64,000 nucleotides of DNA from positions 44,268,001 through 44,332,000 of the forward strand of contig CM060732.1 of NCBI GenBank assembly GCA_030704615.1, written 5' to 3'. Positions 36,828-48,633 of the stretch are shown here, in pieces; the first letter of the stretch is position 1, and each line of letters starts with the position of its first letter. Source of the DNA: Takakia lepidozioides (Eukaryota > Plantae > Bryophyta). Below the pieces are notes generated by a model. That model did no database searches and had not been told where the DNA came from. It saw only the letters and a program-made list of their open reading frames with translations. A program made the translations under genes and the position numbers.

Positions 36828-39800
36828 TGGACGTGGAAGCAGAAGGCGACGATATACTGAAAACGGGAAGCTGGATTATACGGCCTCTTCGACAAAGTTT
36901 GCAAACATGCAAACCACGACCCTTCAACACGAAGGACCTCCATTGGAAGAGAGACACGCAATATGGTTATATGGGTGCGCGAGTGAATGTTCAGAAGGCC
37001 TGCATACCATGGGATAGAGTTGACGACTTTCTCCTTGGAGATGAGAGTTTGGTGGACTACCCCACTCAGTTTTGGGTGAATGTCCATACTAAAGTGCAAC
37101 CCGGCATGCTAAAAGAGCCGAGAGCCAACAGTTTTCTGAACAGTATCATGTATGCACCATCCTCATCGTCCTTTTGTAGTCTAATTGCATGTCTATTGCC
37201 ATTTTTCGTACCCACGTACTGTTATTTCATGCTTCCAGAAGTCGATGGATATCGATTGTGATTTTTATGTCCAGGTATCAATGCTGCTACGGTCCATATG
37301 ACAGGCGCACCAACAATGCGATAGTGGAGGATCCCAAACTGAAACGTGGAGGACCTTTTGTGGGTGCTGAAACATCTCACCCTCATAAAGGCCCAAGGAG
37401 AAAGAAGTCGGAATATGGAGAGTCTTACAAGCATGGTTGCCAATGCTGTTTCAAGGTCCAGCAATGTTATCTCGCCCCCGACATTTGTGTCCTCACGTAC
37501 TACAACAACATGGAGCATACAAATGCGAAAGGGAACGCCTGTCATGGGAAGTCCGCTGAGTTCAGGAACACTCACCACGCCTATGCACCACACATTAGCG
37601 AGGAATTGAAAGCATGGGTCATGGAGTGTCTATGCCGAGGCCTGTCAGTCGCCCAAATCATGATGGAACATCAAGAGCACGTCATGAACAACACCGGGTT
37701 GGGGGATGCATGGACACGGGACGATTTTTTGTTGGAGCAGGATGTGCGCAACCTGACCGAGAAACGGGCGTGGCAAACGTTCAAAAAACATGCCAACGAT
37801 GTGGAGAGTGTCCGCATGTGGAAAGACCAGAACCTGAAATCGGTCTTCTTCTATCAAGAAGAGAAATTGGCGCCAACATTCAAGCACTACGATGGCGACT
37901 TAACATTCACAATCGGCATACAGACTGAGTGGCAGAAGAAGCAAATGCTTCAATTAGGCCATGCCCGTATCGTTGCATGCAATGCAACCTTCGGGACAAA
38001 TCACCACAAGGTACTCTTCATCCCTTTCACAATTTATCCGCTTGCACAACTAGTGGATGTGCGCACACTGGCAGCATCTGACATTGTGCATCTGAACAGT
38101 TCCCATTGAACACGTTGATGGTCTTTGACGAGTAGCTTAATGGTATACCAGTTGCATACATCATATCCGCGCAAGAGTGGACAACAGACCCGGTGCCGTG
38201 GATGGCAGCCTTGCGGGACTCACTCCTCGCAAAAATGTCGGACTGGCGACCCAATGTTTTATTGTGGACGATGTCGACGCCAAAATAAACGTCATTACGT
38301 AAGTTTCACATACCCTCTTGTGCACTCGCGTGGGGCCGGACTTGCATAAAGGACTGCGTTGTATGGCAGGGGATTTGCCAAAGAGACTGACAATGGACGC
38401 ACGCAGCGGACTCTGCAAGTCTGCTGGCAAACCAGTCCGCTGATAATATCCTCTGGCGAAGTCCGCTGGAAAACTCACTTACGCAAGTCTGCTGCAAGGT
38501 CAGTCTGGTCGGGTCTGCTACCAGCAAAGTATGGGTAAGTCTGCTACCGGCCTCCTAAGGGCAAGTCCGCATGCCAGTCCGCCGGAGCGGTCTGTTCGCA
38601 AGCAGTCCGTTGCAAGAATCACTTGCGCCAGTCTGCTCCAACGTCAGTCTGGTCCAGCAAGTCCGCTGGCAGGCGAGTCCGCCGGAGGAGACTGTTCGGA
38701 AGTCTGCTGGCAACACATGCCGCTTGGAATGCCCTCTGGCCAAGTCCGTCATAAGACTCACTTATGCAAGTCCGCTGCGAGGTCAACGTGGTCAGGTCTG
38801 CTGGCGGTGTCGTGTGGGCAAGACTCATAGCAGGTCAGAGAGGGCGAGTCTGCTGGCTGAATCCATTTGGCAAGTCCACTGGAATAGACGGGTAGACCAG
38901 TCCACCAGAAAGTCTACTGGGTTAGTGCCCAAGTCCACCGGCAAAGTCCTCTTTGAAGTCTTTCATGTGGGCAGTGTACTTTGCAGGGTTGTTTTTCGAG
39001 GAGTGCTCATTTTCCTGTGCCTTTGGCATATCCGGCGGGCTTGGGTGAAGCAATCATGCGCAAAAACCAAAGATCCTATCACTGCCGCAAACTTGCTGAA
39101 GGATATGGGAGACCTCATGTACTGTAGAGGTGGACCAAGCGATCCCAAAGAAGATCTTGCGTGGGTAGCAAAAATACTCCAAGGCATGAGAAAGAAATAT
39201 CTAAATGGGCATGAATTTTTGGACTACATCGATAAGGAATGACGCCCTAAAATAGCAATGTGGTGTACAGCCGCTCGCCATGTTCTGCATGCCAGTCAGG
39301 ACACAAACGCTAGCATCGAGGCATACCATGGAAACTTGAAGGCAAGACTGAGGATGGGGAAAGACAAAATGACTGGGCGTAGAGTGGATTGGCTTATATG
39401 GGAACTCACAGGCTCTGTGCTAATACACTACTGGTATGCAATTCACCTGAAGACGCATGGATTCATAAGGAATGACAAACAGGAGAAGTACATGTCCAGT
39501 TCTGTGCTTGCGGCACGCGACATACCAGCTTGCAATGTCACTCTTCCATTCCATTTTGGGCAACCAGCCTATGTTCTAAAGCACCAATAACCCAAACACA
39601 ACTTACATTGTTTACAACCCCGGATGCGAATGGGCTTCTTGCACTTGCCCATAGGCAATAAAGGGCAATTTGTGCAAGCATATGTTGCAATCATGGTCCT
39701 CCATGAAACCACATCATGTTGTGTCATATTGTCACCTGCCAGATGCGGCGTAGATGTTGGATAGCAGCACATAAGTTGCATGGTGGTTGGGATCGCACTT

Positions 39801-40539
39801 GAGAAGAGATTTTGCTGCATATTCTGCTACCTCCACATCCCCATGAATTCTGGTAGCAGCAAGCAAGGTCCCCCAAACCAGAGCATCTGGCAGCAGTAAC
39901 TTGTCAAAGTCACTCCTAACCACCACGGATCCACCCAGCAAGCTAACTTACAGAGTTCAATACGCATCTCAAGGCCGAATCTGATGAGAGGGTAAAACAG
40001 GCAGAAATAGGTTGAAGTTGCTTCATCCACACTTGCAGAATGAACTAATAGTGCGTGTTTGTGGCATGGCGCTGGGAACCATTCATGGAGGATTGCATAA
40101 TGTGTTCAGGATTCATGCAAGTGGCGGCGACGAAGACGGTTTGGCAAATGCAACAGACGGCCCTTCCACAGATGACTTCCCCTATGATGTGGAGCCTATC
40201 CTCGTACCATCCTCCATGGACGAAGAATTTGCAGACATACTTTACATTGTTGGTGAAGACAAATACCTGGAGAAACATGTGTTGTCTTCTCTTCGAATCT
40301 GTATGGGGCAGCTTGTTGATATTCTCACCAAGAGTGTTGCAGGAATGTTGCACCCTGCGGCAGCAAAGAGCTTCCGTCCTGTAATTGACAACAACAATAT
40401 GTCGCTGAAAAGGAAACAAGATTTCGTTGAGGCATGGACAACGCGACCCAGAATCTTGCGCAAAACAGGGGAGAGGGTTGGTGCCCCAACACCTGCATCA
40501 CACATATCCGGAGGGTTGCAGACCGTATACCAGTTGTAA
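36828..40539 (+). pseudogene. MULE transposase (zinc-finger DBD, DDE, CxxH, SWIM) with introns, stops and insertion
   Basis: GCQCCFKV, IGIQTEWQ, NATFGTN (first catalytic D changed to N), IVDD, LCLWH, TNASIEAYH (E), SWIM CTCP*..NLCKH. In-frame stops present. Confidence 0.88.
39678..39900 (-). pseudogene. Captured PPR gene fragments (E motif + PPR motif) inside the MULE
   Basis: PDALVWGTLLAATRIHGDVEVAEYAAKSLLKCDPNHHATYVLLSNIYAASGR, followed by DNMTQHDVVSWRTMIATYA. Confidence 0.85.
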
Positions 40540-42165
40540 AGTAGAGTTAAAAATGTAGGAAATGCTACGCGATCATTCCCCCGAGGAAATAAATAAAAAT
40601 TCTGCAGTACGATTGCATGTGCACAAGACTTTCAACTTGTCTCTAAACCAGTCTGCTGAACCACTCTTGTGACGTCTGAACTAGTCTGAAGGCGCCTGAA
40701 CCAATCTGCTGAACCAGTCTTGTGGCGTCTGAACCAGTCTGTTGTACCAGTCTCCAACCAGTCTTCTGAACCTGGCTTCTACTCAGTCTGCTGCCACTCT
40801 TCAAACCATTGTGCTCATAGGCTGATAAACAATATGATCTGTCCATCAGCAGGAAAACAAAGTATTCAGGGTGTGGAGTATCATGTCTCCTGAGCAGACC
40901 AGTCTCTTGGTTCTGAACTGGCCTGCACTCGGCTGACCAGTGACCCTCATGCGGTCTGCCCATCAGACTCGTCATTCTGAGTACGCTGGACCCTCACTTA
41001 CTCTGTTGACCAGACTTGACAGACTACTGGCCAATGCCATCCGCCTGTACTCTAGCACTCCGGTGATTCTCGGCAATCTGCTGAGCAGTGGACTCTCACC
41101 ACACATGTTGTTCAGACTAGGACTCATGGTTCCCAATCCCATCTGCCAGTCTGCCGGACTTTGCCAGGCTGGAGGACTCTCCTCAGTCTGTAGGACTCTC
41201 CTCTTCCAATGAGTCTTCCCAGCAGCCTGCTGTCAGTCTTCCCAGCCGTCTTACTGACGGTTTTGTAACCTGTCGGCTCAAACTAGAGTGTCCATTAGAA
41301 GACTGACATTGCAGGTGGATACATTCACATGTACTCTTCATATATTCTTTAGTCTTCAAAACAGCAGACTGACAGTGCAGTAACAATGCAGTGCCCCAAA
41401 GGCATCAACAATATTTATCATTCACCGAAACAATGCAGTGCCTAGAGACATCAACAATATTCATTATTCACCAATGGATGAGAAGCGAAGGCATAAGCAC
41501 TTTTTATTTCAGTACAAAAACTTCACATGACACGTACAAACACTACATCCGAGCCTCACAACTATCTACCAGCTTTCTCCAAACATTCCAAACCGTGCAC
41601 GATATATTTTGCACATTGCAGTCGCTGGCCAAGTGCAAACTTATAAGTAAACTAGGTCGTAGTGAAAGGCACTCCTCTCTCTGCCTTTTTACTCTTGTCA
41701 ACCTTTCCTCGCGATTTCACCCATTCATAAAAAACTTGAATGAATGCACAAGAAGTTGACGGCATGCGTGGAAACACCCTCCGCTATATCCGACAAGAAA
41801 GAGCCCTCATAAGAGAGAGGCTGGTTTTGGTGGCAAGGTTTAGATTTTCCCAGCCCTAAAAAAAGAGGGTTTGGATGGGTTTTGAATTGGACAGTCCAGA
41901 TCCGGCGTCGTCGGCGGACTAGATGGCCACGGACTGGCCTGGCGTGCACAGCGGACTGGCCGGCAGACTAGTGGTTTGGCGGACTGAGGGGAAGCGGTCT
42001 GGAGGGCATCGGATTGGCCGCGGTGGACCGCGGGCGCGGCTGGGCGGGCGGCGGTCGGGGGGGTTCCGGGTGGGGGGAGCCGGGTGTCCGTGCGCGGGGC
42101 CCACCGGTCAGCTCGCGCGTGCGCCATATTGTCCCAATTATTGTAAAATGAGAGGTGGCTGAAAT

Positions 42166-42660
42166 AGGCTCAATACCTTCACCCAATCCCTTGCCAGTTG
42201 CTACTGCTGCTTTGTGGGGACCACTACCATGCTCCACTCTTCTCCTTTTTTACTGCTCCCCTTGGCCCCCTCGGCCTCCCCTTCTAGCTCCAAACGGTGC
42301 CCGAAAGGACGTACTGGTGGTCAGGCCAGGGCCTGCTAGCCCTAGCATGAAGTGAGGAGGCCTGCCAACTATGATCATGATTGGCCCTCCTCCCCACATT
42401 ATAGGTTGGGGAGGTCCCATCATTCCAGGTCCATTCAGACCCATCATCATTCCATTGGGTGGTGGTGGTCTTCCAGCAAACCCCATCCCCAGCCCTGGGT
42501 CGGGGCCATCCATGGGCCCAAAATTCATACTCCCCCCAGGCCCCAAATTTGGAAACTAGGGGCCCAGAAATCCAGGGCCAGGTCCTCTAGGATGCCCAAA
42601 AGGAGGGAATCCCATGCCAGGCCCTGGAGCAGGTCCACCAAACACATCCCCGGAGCCCAT
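42166..42660 (-). pseudogene. Gly/Pro/Met-rich gene fragment, CPSF30-L C-terminus-like, interrupted by the MULE
   Basis: MGSGDVFGGPAPGPGMGFPPFG...GP*FPNLGPGGSMNFGPMDG...MGFAGRPPPPNGMMMG, with in-frame stops. Family assignment is by recalled resemblance only. Confidence 0.45.
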
Positions 42661-42699
42661 ATTGAGACAAAATGAGTGGAGGATGGACTAGATACTTAA

Positions 42700-43918
42700 C
42701 CCTTAAGTGCCAAAACTCATTTTGACCCTCTCGTGGAAAAACATGACTGTGGCCCACAAAAACTTTTTTATCTGGAGAATATATGTCCCCCTTAAAACTG
42801 ACCATTGGAATTACTTCCCACCTACCCTACCTCCTATCACAAAAAGTTTAATCCAAATCCAACTGCCAGATCTGAAGATTATGAAGTGTAGAGTGGGGAC
42901 AAAAACAAATCTCCACTAAGAAATAGGTGCCAAAAAGCAGTTTTTTGCTCGTATTTGGGCAGTTTAAACTTTTTTTTCTTTTTGAGAGTCTCATGAATGT
43001 TGTTCCATACCTGATAACACACATTCTCAGAAATTTTCAGTTTTTTCTGAAAATGTTCTCAAGTGAGCTCCTTTGTAGTGACAAATTGGGGGGGGTCAAA
43101 ATATGCCATTTTTTTTGGGCAGGCCAAAATCTCTCTTCCTAAAATTATACAAACAAATTCAGCTGATCAATCCCTAATCCCTCCTGTTGAAATGTCATGG
43201 GAATTCATATTAAGTCCCCGAAAAACTTTGGGACCAATCAGCCAATGTCACCGCATCTTTAGGTTCCCTGCCCCAAGACTTCAAATGGCACACCTATGTT
43301 ATAGCCTGCAGGCCTAGGATATTTGGAGCCGTAGCCCAGAAGGGCACGGGGTTTGGGAGCTCCTCTGGCTACCCGGCCCTGCTTTCATGGGGGCCCACTC
43401 CACCCTCAACCCCATCCCCTAGGTTTGGGCCACCCCTCATGGGAGTTTTCTGGAGCCGCGAGCTCTGCCGCCATCGCGGCTGCACTCCCTCCAGCCCGCC
43501 CTGCTATGAGCCCATGGTGTTGGCTGGAGCTGCCATCGCCGTCGATCTCAGGTTAGGACGCAGGCCTGGGAATACCCAGACCGCCATACCCCTGCCGGGC
43601 AATCAATGGGTTTGGGGAAGCGTGCCGCCTATCCCTTTATGGGGTATCATTCATTCACCCTACCCCGACCGCAGTTGCCATGTCAGCAACTTGGGCAGGT
43701 TAGGGGTGCCAAAATGGCCTCAAAAAGCTGAGTTAGCCCCCTTCCAATTGGTCCAGACCCCTACCCCTTCAGGCATTGATCAATTGGCCAATGCCATATG
43801 AAGGGGACCCGATTATATGTCAATTGAGCCCAAAGAAGGGCCAATCAGCCTTAAAGGAAGTTATGGCTGGTTAAGCTAACCCAACCGACCCAAAACGGGT
43901 CGGTTTGACACTTAAGGG
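42700..43918. mobile_element. piggyBac-type non-autonomous element 1
   Basis: TTAA|CCCTTAAGTGCCAAA at the left and TTTGACACTTAAGGG|CTAA at the right (14/15 TIR match, one mismatch in the TSD). Subterminal hairpin ACCGACCC-AAAAC-GGGTCGGT. Confidence 0.7.
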
Positions 43919-44229
43919 CTAATCCTCATACGTTGCTCTGGTTACGGTCGTTAAAAGGTGTTTATCTTCAAAAGGATAGCTGTTCAGGATGAATTGACAC
44001 AAGAGTTATTTACCTTTCCCTTTTTCTTATATGGCTAAATATTTTTCTATATTCTAAATTCTAGCCTATAAGAAATACAACATATATTTTTAAAATTACA
44101 CTTAATATAAATTCTAAATTGAGTTCTTACATTATTCCTATTGTTTTCCATTAGCGAGGATTGTTCATCTTGTATTTGTTTGCGCAAAATTTATAACACC
44201 CCAACTGCAAATAAATTATGTTAACCCAG

Positions 44230-46246
44230 CCAACCATAAGTGGGTCCATGCCGCATGGAATGTGAGGCCATTTTCGTCCCAGCAAAAAACAACATAGCTA
44301 ATGAAATACTTAAGGCATTGGACCCACACTTCCATCAATTAATTCGTCGCTTCTTTGTGATTTGCTATCAGCTCCATAGAATTCCCAAATGTTGGAAAAA
44401 CAGTCGCACAATACTAATTTACAAAAAAGATGACCCTACCCAATTATGCAGTAGACATATTTTTGCTATACATTGACTTTAAAAATGCATTGGGCTCAAT
44501 TGACCATGCGCGTCTACTAGCCGTCATAACTGATGGAACTAAGCTTACATAAATGTGCTATCACGGCGATCAACCATCATACCAAACACGACATACAAGC
44601 CCTATCAAGAATACTAAATAACACGGTGCTATACAATACCCAACCCTTCCCATATTTGGACCAAGATGACCCATACACATATTTGGGTATATAATTGACA
44701 CCCTCTCTTAAGTGGAGTACTCAAAAAGACATAACTTAGAAAAAACTCCTCTCACAAGCATCTGCCTTATTGAATTCGCCAGCCACAATGCGCCAAAGGT
44801 TATTTATTCTCGACACAGTACTCAGAACTTCTATAGAATATCCTTTTCATGCAGCGCCATTCTCTATCCCCGATATAAACACATTAGATAAAATCATTAT
44901 ACGCCTATCCAAACAAATATGTGGTCTCCCAAATAGCACCCCCAACGCACTAGTGCAGCTACCCAAGAGCCTCTATGGTATTGGTACTACAACTTTAGCT
45001 GAGGCCTACGCCAGAACGTTGGGAACGCAGTTGCAAGAAGCTCTAAACGATGTTGGTAAACTGGGGAATATTTATCAATGACTCCTTAAACATGTTGCCT
45101 CTAAATTTGGTGGCTTAGCAAATTTACCGGCTATCAACCCCATTGCATGCACCCACTCCCCAATCACCAAGACCCTCTTTATACTTAAACATATGCACAT
45201 TACTCTGGACACTGCTATGCCCACAATTCAACTTCATTATACATCCCTAGAAAATGCTTGGGACACAAGCCCACAAACTCATCCCTCTAATGTATGGGCG
45301 GGTGTTATGGGGAGTCTTGTGGGGTGAATAGCAAGACGTGGCGATGATATAGCAATTGGTTGGGGTGGTTGTGGCTGGGATATTTGAGGTTGTGTGGGGC
45401 GGGCGCTTGTTGGGTTTAGGACGGAGCCATGGAATAGTGATTGGATTTGGTTTTGTGCCGGTCTCGATGAGTATCGAGGGAGTAGCTCCCATGGATGATG
45501 GGGCGAAGAGTTACGTTGTCTTGGACATGTGTGTGTTAGGCATGCAGGAGTGAGAAAACATAGTAGTGTTTGGAGGTGTTGCAAATAAACATGTTGGGAG
45601 CGCGATGGTGGTTTGGGGTATTTTAGTCGAAAAGCCTGTGGATCAATAAGTCTGGTGCCATTAGCATATGTAACGGTTAACCCCATGGCTGCTATCGTGT
45701 ATATGCTCCCAAGGACACCCGTGCCTTTGTCTGGCAAGGCTATGCCCAGATATTTTGCTAGTCCAGGGACTTCATGTACTGGCATTGCCGCCGACAGGAC
45801 CGCTTCCATCTCTCGAAATACATTTTTTGGAATTCACATTCAGCCATGATCGAAATCCAGATCAATCACTTATGTACAAACACGAAAAATATGACAAATC
45901 ATACATGCCCTCCGTCAGCGATGCTGGAACACGACACCATTGACCGTCATCACTGTGGGTGTGAGGGGCGGTGCTCATACCCATAATATCCAAAGTTTGA
46001 AAGATAATCTCAACCTACCACCCAAATATACTACACCTCTACTAAGAACCTTGCATTTCACGGCCATTACATCACTCACATCCTTTATCCTCAATAAACG
46101 TAAGATTGAAAGTGCCAGCTAGCCGCTGTGTGACAGGTTACGGTGCGGATAGAGCCCACCCTTGAAAGGGGGCAGTACCCGCAAGGGGAAGAGGCTCTTA
46201 TTTATGCTAGCTTCGGTTGGCGTCATATATATATATATATATATAT
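44230..46246 (+). mobile_element. Degenerate RLE-type non-LTR retrotransposon (Dualen/RandI-like) with internal inversion and (TA)n 3' end
   Basis: RT remnants IPKCWKNSRTILIYKK, YIDFKNA, YTYLGI. RLE motif ARLCPDILL...IHFLEFTFSHDR...KHEKYD...ITVGVRG. Segment ~45290-45670 is inverted. Confidence 0.75.
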
Positions 46247-46964
46247 GCTAGAGGCTTTCTTCAGTTTCTTTCCGTAATTTAAGTCATACCCAGACTGGCC
46301 ACTTTGAACTTAGTAAACCATTGCCAGCTTCTTGGTTAGTTCAATACACAAAGTTTGAAACCCAAAGAACAAAGCTAAGTGGGGTTGATACAAGTTGTAC
46401 TCAGCTCCATCGCCGCTTGCAACCCTCAATAATGGTATCGCATGCAGTATGACAACTGCGACAACCCAGTCTAGTATGGTATCGATGAGCAAAACCTACT
46501 CAATATCCACCCCAGTAGGTTATGCACCTGGGTATAATGTACTTTCATACCAGTGGGGTATGGTTCTTCATACTATTACTCATACCCTTACTGAATACTC
46601 AGGTCTGACCATATATACTGGAACAACACTGGATTGAACCCAGGGTCACCTAGATTATGCATAGACAAGGCACAAATACCCAACCATTGGGCTGCCTGCT
46701 CAAGTTTAGGTCCACATTGGTATCGAAGAAGATAGACACTACTAGGGCTTCGCGTTGCTCTGCACGGGGATTGGGACGGCGTGAGCACAAATGGTGCAAG
46801 CACAAAAAAATTGTCCCGTGAGCAGGATCCACGGTTATAGGGGTAATATGTATGTCAGCGGAAATACATATAATAGACGGACATAGGGTCTTTATGCATC
46901 AATAGGGTCTCCATGGTGTCTAAATATGGGCTTCAACATAGAGAATGAGCTTGAAAGGGAAAAA

Positions 46965-47135
46965 CCTTAAAAGAAAAAAAACAAAACCAAAACCAAACCC
47001 CAATTTCGCCGACGAAACGAAGTTTTGCTGTCGAAAATCCAAGTTTCTTTGGCAAAACCCAAGTTTCGCTAGCAAAAATACAGGTTTCGTTGGCAAAAAC
47101 CATTTGCGTTTCGCTGGCGAAACTCGTTTTTCAGG
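46965..47135. repeat. Short element made of palindromic GTTTCGCyrrCGAAAC-like subrepeats
   Basis: About 5-6 degenerate palindromes (TTTCGCCGACGAAA, GTTTCGCTGGCGAAAC). Ends CCTTAAAA ... TTTTCAGGG. Confidence 0.5.
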
Positions 47136-47623
47136 GATGGTCTACACACAATGTTACCAAATGCCACATCGAGTTTTGGCAGATATATTTGTGGGTCTTT
47201 GTGCTCATGCAAGTTAAGGTTTGGACAATTAATTTCATGATTTTTTTCACGTGAGGTATTCAGATAGTCTCGTATTTCTTACCGCGTAAATCGCATATTC
47301 TCCAAAATCTTTTTGAAATATTTAGAATATGCCTTTGTCCTGCTCACATGCTACCACCCAACCTAGCTCCGCACTACTAGCGACGACTTCTGAGAACTAT
47401 ACGACTTCTGAGAACGATGTTCAAGTTTCATAGAAAGGGCTTGGTCATCCCCATGGTCTTACGTACATATATCCCGTATTTCATTGTTTTCATCTATTCC
47501 TGGATGGATAGGAGACCACGTAAATCATCCATGTGCTCATCGATTGTTGGATGATATGGTGAATACTTCCAGCCCTGCCCTATTGTAATTACGAATGGGC
47601 ACCTGAGTGGCACTTTAGGTTAA

Positions 47624-48633
47624 CCCCTAAAGGACGAGAGGTGTTTTTGGGTTTTTGGACAATTCCAGGACCCACCCTCACACGTCAGCGGCTACCTGCC
47701 CACCAATGTTCATCCAATTGGATGAACCGTACAAACTGCTTTCTACCTACTAGATGCACAAGCCCCCCAAATTTGGGGAGATTCCACCGTGTAGTTTGGG
47801 AGATTATAACATTTGAAGATGGTGCATTTTTTTGAAAATGGATAAAACAAAGCAAAAGTTCATGTTTGACCGAACAAATTATCCATGATCCCAAATTTTC
47901 CTGGGAGAAAAAGTGCTATATTCCTGTGAAGTGCACAATCCCAAACCCTCACACCAAATTTCACCCCAATCTGCCAAAATGAAAAGGGGGGTGCTTTGTG
48001 AATGGGGGTCCAAAAAGAGAATTTGCAAAGGAAATGGTATAGGCCCCATTGGGACCCCAAATTCTCCTTCATTTGGGAATTCCAACGGTCAGTCCCTCAT
48101 AGGCCAAGAACTACACAAGCCCGCCCAAGAATTTCCCAAAAATTCTCTAAATTGCATTTGGGATGTGGGATTTTGTGAAATTTCCGGCCTCCTTCAGGTC
48201 AGGCAATCGGTGGCCGGAATGTCGCCTGAATTCAGGGACATTTTCCGGGCCACGTCAAGGTTCCCCATTATTTGCCAGGGTCAGCTCATTCGAGCCGTCC
48301 CCTTGTTCGTCGGGTTTTTGGGGAGGGCCTCACAAGCCCCCCACTCCAACCCTTGCATTGCCCCCGCCGCAAAATCCCACCCGCATGGCCGCTGCCACCA
48401 GCCACGTCGACGGTCAACTGCCGTCCCCCCCCCCCCCCCCAAAAGCCCGCAATTTCCAAACTTCAAAAAATTCCTGACGGTGGAGTTTTTCTCTGTTGGG
48501 GGCGCCATAAAGACCTGCGTGTGCAACTCGTTCCGTCGCTACATTTTTTGTTCAAGCCGCTCGTTCATCGGACTTCATCCGTGCATGCTACGGATCGGGC
48601 GGACCCGATTGGGGTCCGCTCGTCGTTTAGGGG
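47624..48633. mobile_element. piggyBac-type non-autonomous element 2, directly upstream of RPS3
   Basis: Perfect TTAA TSDs at 47620-47623 and 48634-48637. TIRs CCCCTAAAGGACGAGAGG vs CCCCTAAACGACGAGCGG (16/18). Subterminal hairpin GCGGACCC-GATTG-GGGTCCGC. Confidence 0.85.

Larger units (their letters stand above)
36341..42156 (+). mobile_element. Full-length defective Mutator-like element (MULE) with long TIRs and 9-bp TSD
   Basis: TSD GGCTGAAAT at 36332-36340 and 42157-42165. TIRs GCCTCTCATTTTACAATAATTGGGAC... extend about 100 bp near-perfectly and about 200 bp imperfectly. Confidence 0.95.
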
